From sequence record NC_019406.1: 64,000 nucleotides of DNA. One strand, given 5' to 3'. The translations under genes and the position numbers were made by a program. The notes under the pieces are model-generated. The model saw nothing but the letters and a program-made list of their open reading frames with translations, was not told where the DNA came from and searched no databases. Shown piece after piece: positions 44,269-54,201 of the stretch; positions within the stretch are counted from its first letter, which is position 1, and each line of letters begins with the position of its first letter.

Positions 44269-45498
44269 CTAACCCTTGACGCACAACACCTGCTTGAGGG
44301 TGGCGACGATCTCCACCATTTCTTCCTGGGCCGCCATGACGAGTTCGATCGGCTTGTAAGCCTTCGGCGTCTCGTCGATCACGCCTTCGTCCTTGCGGCA
44401 CTCGACGCCCTTCGTGGCTTCGACGTGCTCGTCCAGGGAGACGAGCTTCTTCGCCGCCGAACGCGACATGACGCGGCCGGCGCCGTGGCTGCACGAGCAG
44501 AAGGCGTCAGCGTGGCCCTTGCCGCGCACGATGAACGACTTGGCGCCCATCGAACCCGGAATGATGCCGAGTTCGTCCTTCTGCGCCGACACCGCGCCCT
44601 TGCGGGTCACGAAGATGTCCTCGCCGAAGTGGCGTTCCTTGTTGACGTAGTTGTGGTGACAGTTCACCGCTTCCTTGTCGGTCTTGAACGCCGGCACGAA
44701 CTCCCGGATCGCCTTGAGCACGCGGACCATCATCATGTCGCGGTTCAGGCGCGCGAAGTCTTGCGCCCAGCCCACGGCTTCGATGTAGTCGTCGAAATCC
44801 TGCTCGCCCACTTCGAGCCACGCGAGGTTCTCGTCCTGCGGGCGCACATGGCGCTTTGCCAGGGCGTTCTTCGCCTTCTCGATGAAGTAGTTGCCGATCA
44901 CGTTGCCGACGCCGCGCGATCCCGAGTGCAGCATCACCCACACGTTCGGGTCCGTCGTCCCCTGATCGGTCTGGATGCAGATTTCGATGAAGTGGTTGCC
45001 GCCACCCAGCGACCCGAGTTGGGTCACGTTGTTCGACGTCTCCAAGATCGGATGCTTTTCGCACAGCTTCTTGAACCGCGCCTCCAGCCCAGAATCGATC
45101 CAGGCACGCATGATAGAGTTCGGGATGCCATGACGACCCGGTTCCTGCCACGAACCCTTCGCGCCCGGCCCGCCGTGCGGAACCGCACGTTCGATCGCCG
45201 AACGCATCGCCGCCAAGTTGTCCGGCAGTTGCGAAGCAGTCAGCGTGGTGCGCACAGCCATCATGCCGCAGCCGATGTCGACGCCGACCGCGTACGGGAT
45301 CACCGCATCCTTGGTCGGGATCACCGAACCAACGGCTGCGCCGTACCCGGCGTGGACGTCGGGCATCACCGCGACGTGCTTGAACACGAACGGCAGCCCG
45401 GCGACGTTGTGGGCCTGATCTTCGGCGCCGCGCTCGAAAGGCACACCGTCGACCCAAGCCTTGATTTGCCCGCCGTAGCGGCCGTCGATTTCGAGCAC
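44269..45498 (-). CDS. rtcB: RtcB RNA ligase
   Basis: MPDVHAG, GVDIGCGM, GGGNHFIE, HSGSRG, HHNY, RKGA, SHGAGR, YKPI. Confidence 0.97.
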   Translation of the reverse strand: MLEIDGRYGGQIKAWVDGVPFERGAEDQAHNVAGLPFVFKHVAVMPDVHAGYGAAVGSVIPTKDAVIPYAVGVDIGCGMMAVRTTLTASQLPDNLAAMRSAIERAVPHGGPGAKGSWQEPGRHGIPNSIMRAWIDSGLEARFKKLCEKHPILETSNNVTQLGSLGGGNHFIEICIQTDQGTTDPNVWVMLHSGSRGVGNVIGNYFIEKAKNALAKRHVRPQDENLAWLEVGEQDFDDYIEAVGWAQDFARLNRDMMMVRVLKAIREFVPAFKTDKEAVNCHHNYVNKERHFGEDIFVTRKGAVSAQKDELGIIPGSMGAKSFIVRGKGHADAFCSCSHGAGRVMSRSAAKKLVSLDEHVEATKGVECRKDEGVIDETPKAYKPIELVMAAQEEMVEIVATLKQVLCVKG

Positions 45499-45529
45499 CG
45501 TTCTCTCCTATGCCAGTCAGACTGGCACT

Positions 45530-45754
45530 TCAACCATGTCCGGGCTCATCCGTCAACACTTGGCCGTCATTCGCCAGCAGTTTGCGTATCGCTTCCGCCT
45601 GGAACTGAGCGTTCCGTTCCTCGATCGGGTTGACGCCGACGAGGTGCTCTAGAAACTCGGCGCTGTCGTCGAGCATCGCACGAAGTGTGGCGATCCGCTT
45701 GGTCAGTCGCTCCTCGACAGTCATGGCGCCTGGAAAGGCTTGAACGTTCGACAT
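45530..45754 (-). CDS. hypothetical protein
   Basis: 74 aa. Confidence 0.55.
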   Translation of the reverse strand: MSNVQAFPGAMTVEERLTKRIATLRAMLDDSAEFLEHLVGVNPIEERNAQFQAEAIRKLLANDGQVLTDEPGHG

Positions 45755-45756
45755 CT

Positions 45757-46839
45757 TCAAGCCTTAGACATGGCAAGCAGCCACTGAGGGATGGTGACGT
45801 TCAGGCGATCGTTGACCGCCGCCGCCTGGGTGGAGATCGTGTTCGCCAAGTCTCGGGCCGACTGCATGATCATCATGATCGTCTGCTGGCCCTGGACGAG
45901 ACTGCCCAGGCGCTGGCCCGCGATGATCTGCTGGTTCGGCACGGTCAGCGCGGTGGTCGCCACCTCCAGCACCAAGGTATCCAGCCGCAGCGTTTCCAGG
46001 CGAGGCTGCATCTCTTCGATCTGCCGATTGACCTCGGCATCCAGCTTCTGGAGGATATCGCGGGCCTGCTCCAGGCGCACACGATAGAACTCGGGCTTCG
46101 ATCGGGCGAAGCGATCCAGGAACGACGGCGGTCGCGAATAGGAGTGCTCGCACTCCTGCGCCCATTGCACGGCGTTTGCGGTCGACAGCTTCGAGGTGTG
46201 GTCCTTGTGACGCTGAGCTTGATCGGTCAGCGCACGCATTTCCTTCTCGCCCCAGGTGATCCACTCGGAGGGCGACTGCTTCAGAAACATCTCCAGACGG
46301 CCACGGAAACGTGGATCGTTCGCCAGCTTTGCGTCCTTTGCAACAGCCGCTTCCATCATGGCGGGCGCTCGGGGATCGCCGCCGATCACCTTGTTGCTGG
46401 GACCTTCGAATCGGCGCGGAGCACCGCCGCCCCCCGCACCCGACACAGGTCGAGCCTGAAGCGGGAGGGCAGCCGGGATGTGAACTTGTCGAGTCGGTTG
46501 ACCAATCTGGTGCAGGTCCAGTGTGGTGCCGCTGTCCCCGCGCGTACCGGGCGTGCCATTGCTCATGCTGGGTACATGACGTTCCCGACCGGCGTTGGCG
46601 ATAATATCGGCGGCTGGAAGACTCAAGGCGCGCGGCGGCGACGCATTTTCTGGACGCGAAGTCGTCTTGGACGGCGCGGCGGGGAGATTGCCGAAGTTCA
46701 AGGCCTTTGGGATCGCATCCTTTTCCATCGGCATGGTACGCGCTCGCTGTAGCTTAGAAAGGTCCAGCGGACGGGGTTCATCCCCGTCCGCCGGCTTGGC
46801 CGGGAACACGAGCGGCTTAGGCTCGTAGTCCCCCGCCAT
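45757..46839 (-). CDS. TelA-like coiled-coil protein with a Pro/Ala-rich N-terminus
   Basis: C-terminal helical region ending LNVTIPQW resembles TelA; located in the ter cluster. Confidence 0.55.
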   Translation of the reverse strand: MAGDYEPKPLVFPAKPADGDEPRPLDLSKLQRARTMPMEKDAIPKALNFGNLPAAPSKTTSRPENASPPRALSLPAADIIANAGRERHVPSMSNGTPGTRGDSGTTLDLHQIGQPTRQVHIPAALPLQARPVSGAGGGGAPRRFEGPSNKVIGGDPRAPAMMEAAVAKDAKLANDPRFRGRLEMFLKQSPSEWITWGEKEMRALTDQAQRHKDHTSKLSTANAVQWAQECEHSYSRPPSFLDRFARSKPEFYRVRLEQARDILQKLDAEVNRQIEEMQPRLETLRLDTLVLEVATTALTVPNQQIIAGQRLGSLVQGQQTIMMIMQSARDLANTISTQAAAVNDRLNVTIPQWLLAMSKA

Positions 46840-47496
46840 TTACGAGACGGTGGTGCCGGCCGGGGCCAGCAGCTTCACGAAGTCCGCCAGCGACGCAGCG
46901 GCGGGCACGCCCAGCGCCTTGAAGCGGAATTCGCCGTCCTTCTTGTAGAACGTGCCGAACTGGAGAGCGGTGGCGCCGCCGGCGTCTTCTTCCAGGTCGT
47001 AGTTGGCGATGGCCAGGGCCTTGTAGTCGGCTTCGGTCATGCCCGGATTGGCGGCTTCGGCGGCGAGCAGAGCGGCTTCTTCGTAGACGCGCACGTAGGC
47101 GTTGCGGACCAGACCGAAGTTCTGGTTGCGGGCAGCGGCTTCGTGGATCGTCACGGCGACGATGATCTCGTCGACGGCCGGGTTCAGCAGGCTGGTGTCG
47201 ATGGTGATGCGCTCATCATCGCCAGCGCCGTCGCCGGTCAGGTTGTCGCCCGAGTGGACGATCGCGCCGTCGGCGGACTTCAGGTTGCCGTAGAACACGA
47301 AGCTTTGCGAGGCCGGCGACAGCAGCTTGGGATCACCGTTGGCGTCCTTGACGCACGGGAACGCCGAGGCGTCCAGGTCCGGCGGGTTCTGCGGGTTCGG
47401 GTTCCAGCCCAGGCCCACCACGAAGCGCGAGACGCCCGGCGCGGTCTTCGACAGGTTCACGTTCGAACCCTTGGTCAGATTGATGGTGTCGGTCAC
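46840..47496 (-). CDS. terD: TerD-family stress protein
   Basis: VGLGW, DLDASA, VFYGN, HSGDNLTGDGAGDDE, NFGLVRNAY, FRFKALG. Confidence 0.95.
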   Translation of the reverse strand: MTDTINLTKGSNVNLSKTAPGVSRFVVGLGWNPNPQNPPDLDASAFPCVKDANGDPKLLSPASQSFVFYGNLKSADGAIVHSGDNLTGDGAGDDERITIDTSLLNPAVDEIIVAVTIHEAAARNQNFGLVRNAYVRVYEEAALLAAEAANPGMTEADYKALAIANYDLEEDAGGATALQFGTFYKKDGEFRFKALGVPAAASLADFVKLLAPAGTTVS

Positions 47497-47572
47497 GACA
47501 TCCTCTCCTTTTCGTCAGATCAGGGCGAAGGTTGACCCGACGGCGTTCGCCCTTTCGCCGTCAGGTATAGTT

Positions 47573-48604
47573 TTACTCGCCCGCGACGGCTTGCTTCAAG
47601 GCGGCGCGGTTGGCGAGCAGCGAGGTGATGAAAGCCGCGCCGATGAAACCAGCGCCAGCGAGACCCTTGACGATCTCGGGCAGTTCGTAGATCGGACCGA
47701 TCAGCATCATGCCGGCGAGCGCCAGGATTGCCCAGAAGGCTCCCATCTCCAGGTGCGGGAACTCGGTCAGCGTGCCGCGATCAACCGCCAGCAGCGTCAG
47801 TTCCCGAACGGCCAGGGCGCCCACGCCGAGACCCACCATGATCCAGACGATGTTGCTCGTCAGTGCGAAGGCGCCGATGACGCCGTCAAACGAGAAGCTG
47901 GCGTCCAGGACTTCCAGGTAGATGAAGCCGCCGATGCCGGCGCGGATGACCTTGTCGGCGCCGCCGCCTGCGATCGTGCCGAGCGTCTTGGTGATCGAGA
48001 AGAGGACGATGCCGACGAGACCCGCCGTCAGGTAGCTGTAGCGGAGGGCTTCGGGAACGAACGGAGCGATCACGAGCAGGGCGATCACGGCGATGACGGC
48101 TTCAGCCATGGTCGCGAGGCCCAGCTTGTTGAACAGGGCTTCGATCGGGCCGAGCCAATGGCTTTCCTTTTCCTGGTTCAGGAAGTATTCCAGGCCGACC
48201 AGCAACAGGAACGTGCCGCCGAACGCCGCGACGATGTGATGCACGCCTTCCAGCGTGTGGCCGTATCGGTTCGGGTCTTGGAACGCCATCTCCAGCACGG
48301 CCGCCGGCGACATGTGCGCCGCGAAGGCGACGATCAGGATCGGGAAGATGAAGCGCATGCCGAACACGGCGATGATGATGCCGACGCCCAGGAAGAGCTT
48401 CTTCCACTTCTCGTCCCAATTCTGAAGAACGTGGGCGTTGACGACGGCGTTGTCGAACGACAGCGAGATTTCCAGGATCGCCAGAAAGCCGACCGTGTAG
48501 GCCAGCGTCAGGCCGCCCATGAAGCCGGCGACGCCGACCGCGAGAACGAAAGCGATCAGCGGGACCGCGAAGTAGCTCCAGATGGAGCGGTGTTGGGTGG
48601 GCAC
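47573..48604 (-). CDS. TerC-like integral membrane protein (DUF475)
   Basis: LEISLSFDNAVVNA, YLEVLDASFSFDGVIGAFA. Confidence 0.92.
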   Translation of the reverse strand: MPTQHRSIWSYFAVPLIAFVLAVGVAGFMGGLTLAYTVGFLAILEISLSFDNAVVNAHVLQNWDEKWKKLFLGVGIIIAVFGMRFIFPILIVAFAAHMSPAAVLEMAFQDPNRYGHTLEGVHHIVAAFGGTFLLLVGLEYFLNQEKESHWLGPIEALFNKLGLATMAEAVIAVIALLVIAPFVPEALRYSYLTAGLVGIVLFSITKTLGTIAGGGADKVIRAGIGGFIYLEVLDASFSFDGVIGAFALTSNIVWIMVGLGVGALAVRELTLLAVDRGTLTEFPHLEMGAFWAILALAGMMLIGPIYELPEIVKGLAGAGFIGAAFITSLLANRAALKQAVAGE

Positions 48605-48666
48605 GAAGGTGAACTCCTATGCTTGAGGGCTGGAAGGGCGTCGGCTCGACCGACGCCCCAGCGGGA

Positions 48667-49371
48667 TCAGGCGGCGCCGTGCTTCTTCAGGAAGGCCAGG
48701 AACTCTTCCGTGGCGAGCGCGTCGTACATCTGCTCGTCGGTCATCTCGATCGAGCGCATGTGGATGAAGCCGCAGTTGTCGTAGTCGTCGGCCAGCTTCT
48801 TCAGGCCCTGGAAGGTCGCGCCGGTGCCGATACCGATCAGGTGGAAGTAGACGGGCTTGCCCGTCTTCTCGGCCTCGCCCAGCAGCTTGCCGGTCTCGTT
48901 CACGTCACGGTCGCTGGTGTCGCCGTCCGTGAAGAACAGCACCAGGGCGGGGTCCTTGGCCGAGGTGGCAGCCTTGGAGAAGATGTTGGCGAACGCGCCG
49001 GCCTTCGGGAAAAGCTTGGCGAGGTTCGCGGCCACAGTCGGAGCGTATTGGGTGCCACCGCCGACGAGACGCCGAACGTGGTTGCCGATGTAGGAGCCGA
49101 AATCCGAGGCGGTGGCGCCCGGCAGTTCATGCGGACGTTCGTCGAACGCGACCACTTCGATCTCGCCGTTGTCGTCGAAGGTCAGCGCGTAGCCGATCAG
49201 GCGCTTGAACACTTCTTCGACGACGCCGCGCGAATAGAGGCCGTTCATGGAGCCGGAGACGTCGAGGTCCGCGAGGACGCGCATCGTCGGCAGCTTAGTG
49301 AGGCCCTTCTTGGCGAGCGAGATGGTAACCTTCTCGGCCTTCTCTTTGGCCAGATTGATAACGTCGGACAT
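48667..49371 (-). CDS. vWA-domain protein (TerF/TerY-associated type)
   Basis: MIDAS DVSGSM, GGGT, FFTDG. Confidence 0.88.
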   Translation of the reverse strand: MSDVINLAKEKAEKVTISLAKKGLTKLPTMRVLADLDVSGSMNGLYSRGVVEEVFKRLIGYALTFDDNGEIEVVAFDERPHELPGATASDFGSYIGNHVRRLVGGGTQYAPTVAANLAKLFPKAGAFANIFSKAATSAKDPALVLFFTDGDTSDRDVNETGKLLGEAEKTGKPVYFHLIGIGTGATFQGLKKLADDYDNCGFIHMRSIEMTDEQMYDALATEEFLAFLKKHGAA

Positions 49372-49407
49372 GGGTTCTCCCCTGGAAATGTTGATGTGAG
49401 GGTACGC

Positions 49408-50496
49408 TTACGCGGTCGCCGCCAGCTTGGCCGCGAGATCGCGGCTCATCTGTTCGACCAGAGGACGCTGCGTGGTGACGCGAGTGACCATGTCCTCTTG
49501 AATCTTCTTGGAGGCGTCCAGGGTGCGGAACAGTTCGTCGCGGACGATCTGGAGCGTCTGGATGTCGACCGAACCACGCGCCATCTGCTCCCGGATCAGG
49601 ACGGTGCCGGTGCCGAGTTGCTTGGCGTTCGCCTGGATGATCGCGTTGTTCATGTCCTTGACCTTCTTCGCGAACTCGGCGGTCTGGACCTGCTCCATAT
49701 TGATGATGTACTTCGCGAAGGCCATCTGGAGTTGCGGCAGCGTGGTCTCGCGGACCTCGCCCAGCGTCATCACGAGCATGGCGCCGTTCTGCTTGGCCGT
49801 GTCGAGTTCGACAGCCGACATCTCGCCCAGCAGAAGGCCGTCACGCAGGTCGCCGACGCGCTTCTTGGCGAAGGCGATCGTGGTGGTCCACGCATTGAGG
49901 CGCTGGGCCGCCAGGGCGTCGCCATCCGCCACCGTCGGCATGTTGGCCTCCATCCAGGCGATCCGGCGCTCGCCCTCGGCGATCTTGGCCTTGGTGGCTT
50001 CGTAGCGCTGGTTGTTCTCGACCGCCAGCGCGTCGATGTCCTTCTGGCGTTGCGTCATGCGCACCGCGTGCTTGTCGACGTCGGCGGCCAGGGTGTTGAC
50101 CTGCTTGTCGACCGAGGAGAAGTGCGATTCGAGTTGACGCTTCGATCGCTTCAGGAACCCGAAGATGCCGCCCTTGAACTTGCCGGGATCGTACTGCTGG
50201 GCGCCGATCACCAGAGCGTTCAGGGATTTCCCCATCTCACCCAGGTCGTTGGCGAGCATTGACTGGTTGATCTTCGAGACGATGTTGGTCTGAGCCATGG
50301 CTTCGGTGCGGCCGAAATCCATGACGCTGGTCATGTCGAAGGCTTGTTCGGGAGCCAGCGATGGCGTCAGCGCGGGCGCTCCGTAGTTAGCGCCCATCGC
50401 CATCGGTTGGACCTGCGGCGCGGCCGGGGCTGGGGAAATGGGAGCGGTCGGCGTCGCGACCGGCTTGCCCAGGTTGAGACCACGCGGTTCGGTCAT
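49408..50496 (-). CDS. telA: TelA/KlaA toxic anion resistance protein
   Basis: long coiled coil; LESHFSSVDKQV, ETTLPQL; located in the ter cluster. Confidence 0.75.
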   Translation of the reverse strand: MTEPRGLNLGKPVATPTAPISPAPAAPQVQPMAMGANYGAPALTPSLAPEQAFDMTSVMDFGRTEAMAQTNIVSKINQSMLANDLGEMGKSLNALVIGAQQYDPGKFKGGIFGFLKRSKRQLESHFSSVDKQVNTLAADVDKHAVRMTQRQKDIDALAVENNQRYEATKAKIAEGERRIAWMEANMPTVADGDALAAQRLNAWTTTIAFAKKRVGDLRDGLLLGEMSAVELDTAKQNGAMLVMTLGEVRETTLPQLQMAFAKYIINMEQVQTAEFAKKVKDMNNAIIQANAKQLGTGTVLIREQMARGSVDIQTLQIVRDELFRTLDASKKIQEDMVTRVTTQRPLVEQMSRDLAAKLAATA

Positions 50497-50508
50497 CGAT
50501 GAGGCTCC

Positions 50509-50790
50509 TTAAGCCTTGGGAAGGTAAGAGGTGACGATGCGCGCCGACGATTCGGCGGCGGCGGCGAACTGCGACAGCGCTTGGCGCAGTTCCTTGGGGT
50601 AGACATCGAGTTGCCCCAAGTCGGACGCTTCCTGCGTCAGGCCGGCGAGGCGGCGAAGCAGGCTGTCGACTTCAGCATAGGCTTCCGCCTTGATGCTGGC
50701 TTGGCGCTCGCGCAGCGTTTGGGCGGGCGACTTGTACGTTTCGGCGGGGGTCAGGGCAGGTGCGGCGCTCAATTGGGTCTCCTGTGTCAA
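50509..50790 (-). CDS. hypothetical protein
   Basis: 93-aa helical ORF at the head of the ter operon; promoter TTGACA-N17-TAAGAC upstream. Confidence 0.6.
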   Translation of the reverse strand: MTQETQLSAAPALTPAETYKSPAQTLRERQASIKAEAYAEVDSLLRRLAGLTQEASDLGQLDVYPKELRQALSQFAAAAESSARIVTSYLPKA

Positions 50791-50826
50791 TCGTCTCGGC
50801 GGTCTTAGAGGGTGTTTTGCTGTCTG

Positions 50827-51348
50827 TCAACTCTCGGCTTCAAGACTGCGTCCGACCCAGATGCGCGCGCTTTCATCGTAGAACAAATTCTCGATCAAAA
50901 CCTTTGCGCGCATGCCCTTGAGGGACACGAGCACACCGGTCAACGAGTTCATCAGCGCCTGCCCCGAAAACACCGCGCGCGGCTGGCCGAGAAGGTGAGA
51001 GATGAAGCCCATCTGCCCGTCGATGAGCGCCGGTTCGCCGAAACGCGGAGAAAGTCCGCTGATCGGAAGAGTCGCCTTGTCGACCTGAGAGGCCGATTGG
51101 ATCACCTTCTGAGGCCAGTACACCCAGACACGTGACTTGGGCTTCCAGGTCATACGCTTGAAGTCGAGCGTGACCTTGGTGTGGCCGTTCTTATCCTTCG
51201 GCACCAACACCGTAACTCGCCCGCCCAGATAATGCTGAACCGTGCCGTTGACGTTCTCGTCCAAGAAGAGTGCCGCCTGGACCTTGTCACCGCGCCGAGG
51301 TAGGCGCAGCGGATGGGCATCACGCCCAGAAGCTTCTACTGCATTCAT
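50827..51348 (-). CDS. hypothetical protein
   Basis: 173-aa ORF. Confidence 0.55.
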   Translation of the reverse strand: MNAVEASGRDAHPLRLPRRGDKVQAALFLDENVNGTVQHYLGGRVTVLVPKDKNGHTKVTLDFKRMTWKPKSRVWVYWPQKVIQSASQVDKATLPISGLSPRFGEPALIDGQMGFISHLLGQPRAVFSGQALMNSLTGVLVSLKGMRAKVLIENLFYDESARIWVGRSLEAES

Positions 51349-51518
51349 GTGGGAACAGGCCGCCTCCGAACGGCACTGGAAGGCGGCAAAATGCCGGTCT
51401 TATTGACAAGGCCACAGCCCCGGCGCCAGCGCAAGCGGAATCCTCTGTGCGTCAAGAGTTGACAAACGACAGCTTCACCAGCTAGGTGCTCGCTTCCGCA
51501 ACAGCGCCTGGAGGTTCG

Positions 51519-51632
51519 ATGTCCTTGCCTGAATGTCTCACTCGACCTTGGACGTTTCAGCGTTTCCTCATCATCCTCGGAAGCGGCGCCGGCGGCCTGT
51601 TCGCGGCACTCTATCTCCATGGCCGCTTCTGA
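51519..51632 (+). CDS. 37-aa membrane peptide (not in ORF track)
   Basis: GGAGG SD; MSLPECLTRPWTFQRFLIILGSGAGGLFAALYLHGRF; downstream of TTGACA-N17-CTAGGT. Confidence 0.55.
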   Translation: MSLPECLTRPWTFQRFLIILGSGAGGLFAALYLHGRF

Positions 51633-51804
51633 TCTGACCCCTGAAGAGCGACGACTTGCCGCAGCGATCGATGCGATGGAGAAGCGGCGCGCTCTCGCCA
51701 AGACCGAAGGTGACATCGTGACCGACGCCGAGATCACGAACTGGTTTCGAGAGCATGCGGCGGTCATTCGCCCGCTGCGTGACAAGCTCGAAGGTGACTG
51801 GTGA
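51619..51804 (+). CDS. hypothetical protein
   Basis: 61 aa. Confidence 0.6.
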   Translation: MAASDLTPEERRLAAAIDAMEKRRALAKTEGDIVTDAEITNWFREHAAVIRPLRDKLEGDW

Positions 51805-51871
51805 AAAAGGTGCTTGACGCCTGCTGAGTGTTTCTTTACAAACCACTCCGACGACAACGCCAGGAGGCACC

Positions 51872-52900
51872 ATGCAACCGACCGACTTCCCGCTTATCCG
51901 CGCCGCCATCTCGCCCCGTCGGGCCGCTCAATTCGACGCCGCGCTGGCGAACGTCAAGGCGTTCACCGAAGAGGGCGTCCTGATCAAAGCCGAGTGGAAC
52001 GACATCAAGGATACGTTCAGCCGCGCGATCGACGAAACCTGGAGCGCCTTCAAGGATGCGGAATACTATCCCCGCGCGCGCGCCGGCGAAACCGAAGAAG
52101 TTGGGAAGCTCTATTGGGGTCTCCTGAGCCCCTATCCGCATGTTCTGGCGAGCTACCTGAAAAAGGTCCAGGCCGCCAAGAACATCGAACCGGCCGTCCT
52201 GCGCGACTTCCCGATCGCTTTCTTCACCGAGGCGCTGCCGCTGAACGACATGCTCGTCGCGCTGAAGCCGCTGATCGGTAAGCGCGCTCCGAAGAAGACC
52301 AAAGTCCAGATCGAGCGCGAAGGCAAGGAGCGGACCTGTCAGGTCTGCGGGCGCGGCATCCTGGCCGAAAACGGCCGAATCGCCCACCATGGCTATCAGC
52401 GCCCCGGCATGGGCTATCAGACCGCCTCATGCTCGGGCGCCCTTCATGTCCCCTTCGAGATCAGCCGCGACGCCCTTGGCGACGACATCAAGAATCTGGA
52501 GCGCTACCGCGCCCGCCGTCAGGCTTATCGCGTCGAGGTCGAGACCGAGACGGTCAGCCTGCCGATCAACTACGAAGTCTCCGAGCAGGACCCGCGCCGA
52601 GCGCTGGGCTTCAAGCACGTCGTCAAGAAGATGATCCACGTCACCCGCGACGACTTCGACGCCCAGAAGGTCACGACGCCCGAGGCGTTCGCCGGCAAGT
52701 ACGGGCCGCGCAAGCCTGAAGGCTACGGCTGGATGCCGTTCGATTTCGACGCGCTCAAGACCCAAATCCTGGGTAGCATCGACAACGAGATCGACATCAT
52801 CACCAGCACGATCAATCGGCAACAGGCGCGCTACGACGGCTGGAAGCAGACGCTCGTGTTCGTCGACGGCGCCTATCAGGCTTTCACCGGGGAGAACTAA
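51872..52900 (+). CDS. hypothetical protein with a Zn-ribbon
   Basis: TCQVCGR...HHGYQRPG...SCSG; SD AGGAGG; own promoter. Confidence 0.8.
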   Translation: MQPTDFPLIRAAISPRRAAQFDAALANVKAFTEEGVLIKAEWNDIKDTFSRAIDETWSAFKDAEYYPRARAGETEEVGKLYWGLLSPYPHVLASYLKKVQAAKNIEPAVLRDFPIAFFTEALPLNDMLVALKPLIGKRAPKKTKVQIEREGKERTCQVCGRGILAENGRIAHHGYQRPGMGYQTASCSGALHVPFEISRDALGDDIKNLERYRARRQAYRVEVETETVSLPINYEVSEQDPRRALGFKHVVKKMIHVTRDDFDAQKVTTPEAFAGKYGPRKPEGYGWMPFDFDALKTQILGSIDNEIDIITSTINRQQARYDGWKQTLVFVDGAYQAFTGEN

Positions 52901-52903
52901 ATC

Positions 52904-53140
52904 ATGAACCAGCGCGCCAACTTCTACTGCCCGATCGGCGGCCAGCCTCTCGTGGCGATCCACAACGACGTCCTGAATGCGCTGACGATTAGAACCCTCC
53001 AGCATGAGCATTCGACCGAGGACACTCAACTCTGGCTCGCCAGCATCGGCTGGGGACTGGAACGCAATATCAGCCTCAAGGGGGCCAAGACGCTCCTGGC
53101 CATGGGCGGCGTGCGCGACATCGAGTTCGAGGGCATCTGA
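52904..53140 (+). CDS. hypothetical protein
   Basis: 78 aa. Confidence 0.6.
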   Translation: MNQRANFYCPIGGQPLVAIHNDVLNALTIRTLQHEHSTEDTQLWLASIGWGLERNISLKGAKTLLAMGGVRDIEFEGI

Positions 53141-53493
53141 TGGCCTTCGTCAGCGACATCCAGCCCCTGTGCCGCTACTGCGGCTGCGGCATAGGCAAGC
53201 ATACGACGACGGTCTGGTTCGATTCGACCAACGGTCGCCTGAATTCAGGGTGGTTTTCCTACCGGCCCGAGAAGCCCACTTCGAAGGCCGAGGCGCAGGC
53301 GCTGCTGAACCAGCAGATCGTTTCGGTCCGCTGGGCCACGAAGTCGGCTTACCAATACGGTGACGATGAGGCCGGCGAACGCCTGTTCATCAATCAAGTC
53401 ACCATCTGGGACGGCGTATCCTATCGTGACGAGTTCTTCTGCAAGGATGAACACGCCAAGCTATTCGGCTACGCGGCGGCGCGGGGCGGGTAA
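53140..53493 (+). CDS. hypothetical protein with Cys motifs
   Basis: CRYCGC...FFCKDEHA. Confidence 0.65.
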   Translation: MAFVSDIQPLCRYCGCGIGKHTTTVWFDSTNGRLNSGWFSYRPEKPTSKAEAQALLNQQIVSVRWATKSAYQYGDDEAGERLFINQVTIWDGVSYRDEFFCKDEHAKLFGYAAARGG

Positions 53494-53598
53494 GCCATGA
53501 GGGAATACAATGACGCGCTCGCGCGTCGTGGTTCCAAGAGTTGACAGACAACTCTTACTCGCCTATCAGGCTAACTTCATAGCAGAAGGACCCACTCC

Positions 53599-54201
53599 GT
53601 GACCGCACCGGTTACCTACATCGCCGATTTTATCCCGCCGGGCATCGTGAGCGCGCTGTTCGACAGCCTGCGCTCCGAACTGGCGTGGCAGCGGCGCGTG
53701 ATGCGTAATGTGCGTATCGTGGATGGCGTCGAGCACGTTACGGAACAACCGGTCCCTCGCGCCGAATATTGGACCAACACGTTCAATCGCCCGTACACCT
53801 ACGGACGCGGCGCCGGCATTCGGACGTATCAGCCCCAGCCTGATCACGAGATCATTGGGAACCTGCGCTCCGCGCTGGAAGCCCAACACAACTCGTATCT
53901 AGAGGGATGCTTCCTGAACATGTACGAGAACGGTCGCGATGCTTTGGGCTGGCACGCCGATGACGATCCAGGCATCGACCACTCCAAGCCGATCGCTGTG
54001 ATCACGCTCGGACAAGGTCGCGAACTCCGCTACAAGGCACAGGAGCCCGGCTCCCATCCTATCAGCATCTTCCTGGAGCCCGGCTCCCTGCTGCTGATGC
54101 ACGCGGGAATGCAGCAGACCCACTATCACATGATCCCGGCCGTGAAGGACCGCGAGATCGGCACCCGCATCTCTCTAACCTACAGGGGACTCATTCAATG
54201 A
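53599..54201 (+). CDS. alkB: AlkB-family 2OG-Fe(II) dioxygenase
   Basis: YENGRDALGWHADD (HxD), HMIP, RISLTYR. Confidence 0.92.
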   Translation: MTAPVTYIADFIPPGIVSALFDSLRSELAWQRRVMRNVRIVDGVEHVTEQPVPRAEYWTNTFNRPYTYGRGAGIRTYQPQPDHEIIGNLRSALEAQHNSYLEGCFLNMYENGRDALGWHADDDPGIDHSKPIAVITLGQGRELRYKAQEPGSHPISIFLEPGSLLLMHAGMQQTHYHMIPAVKDREIGTRISLTYRGLIQ

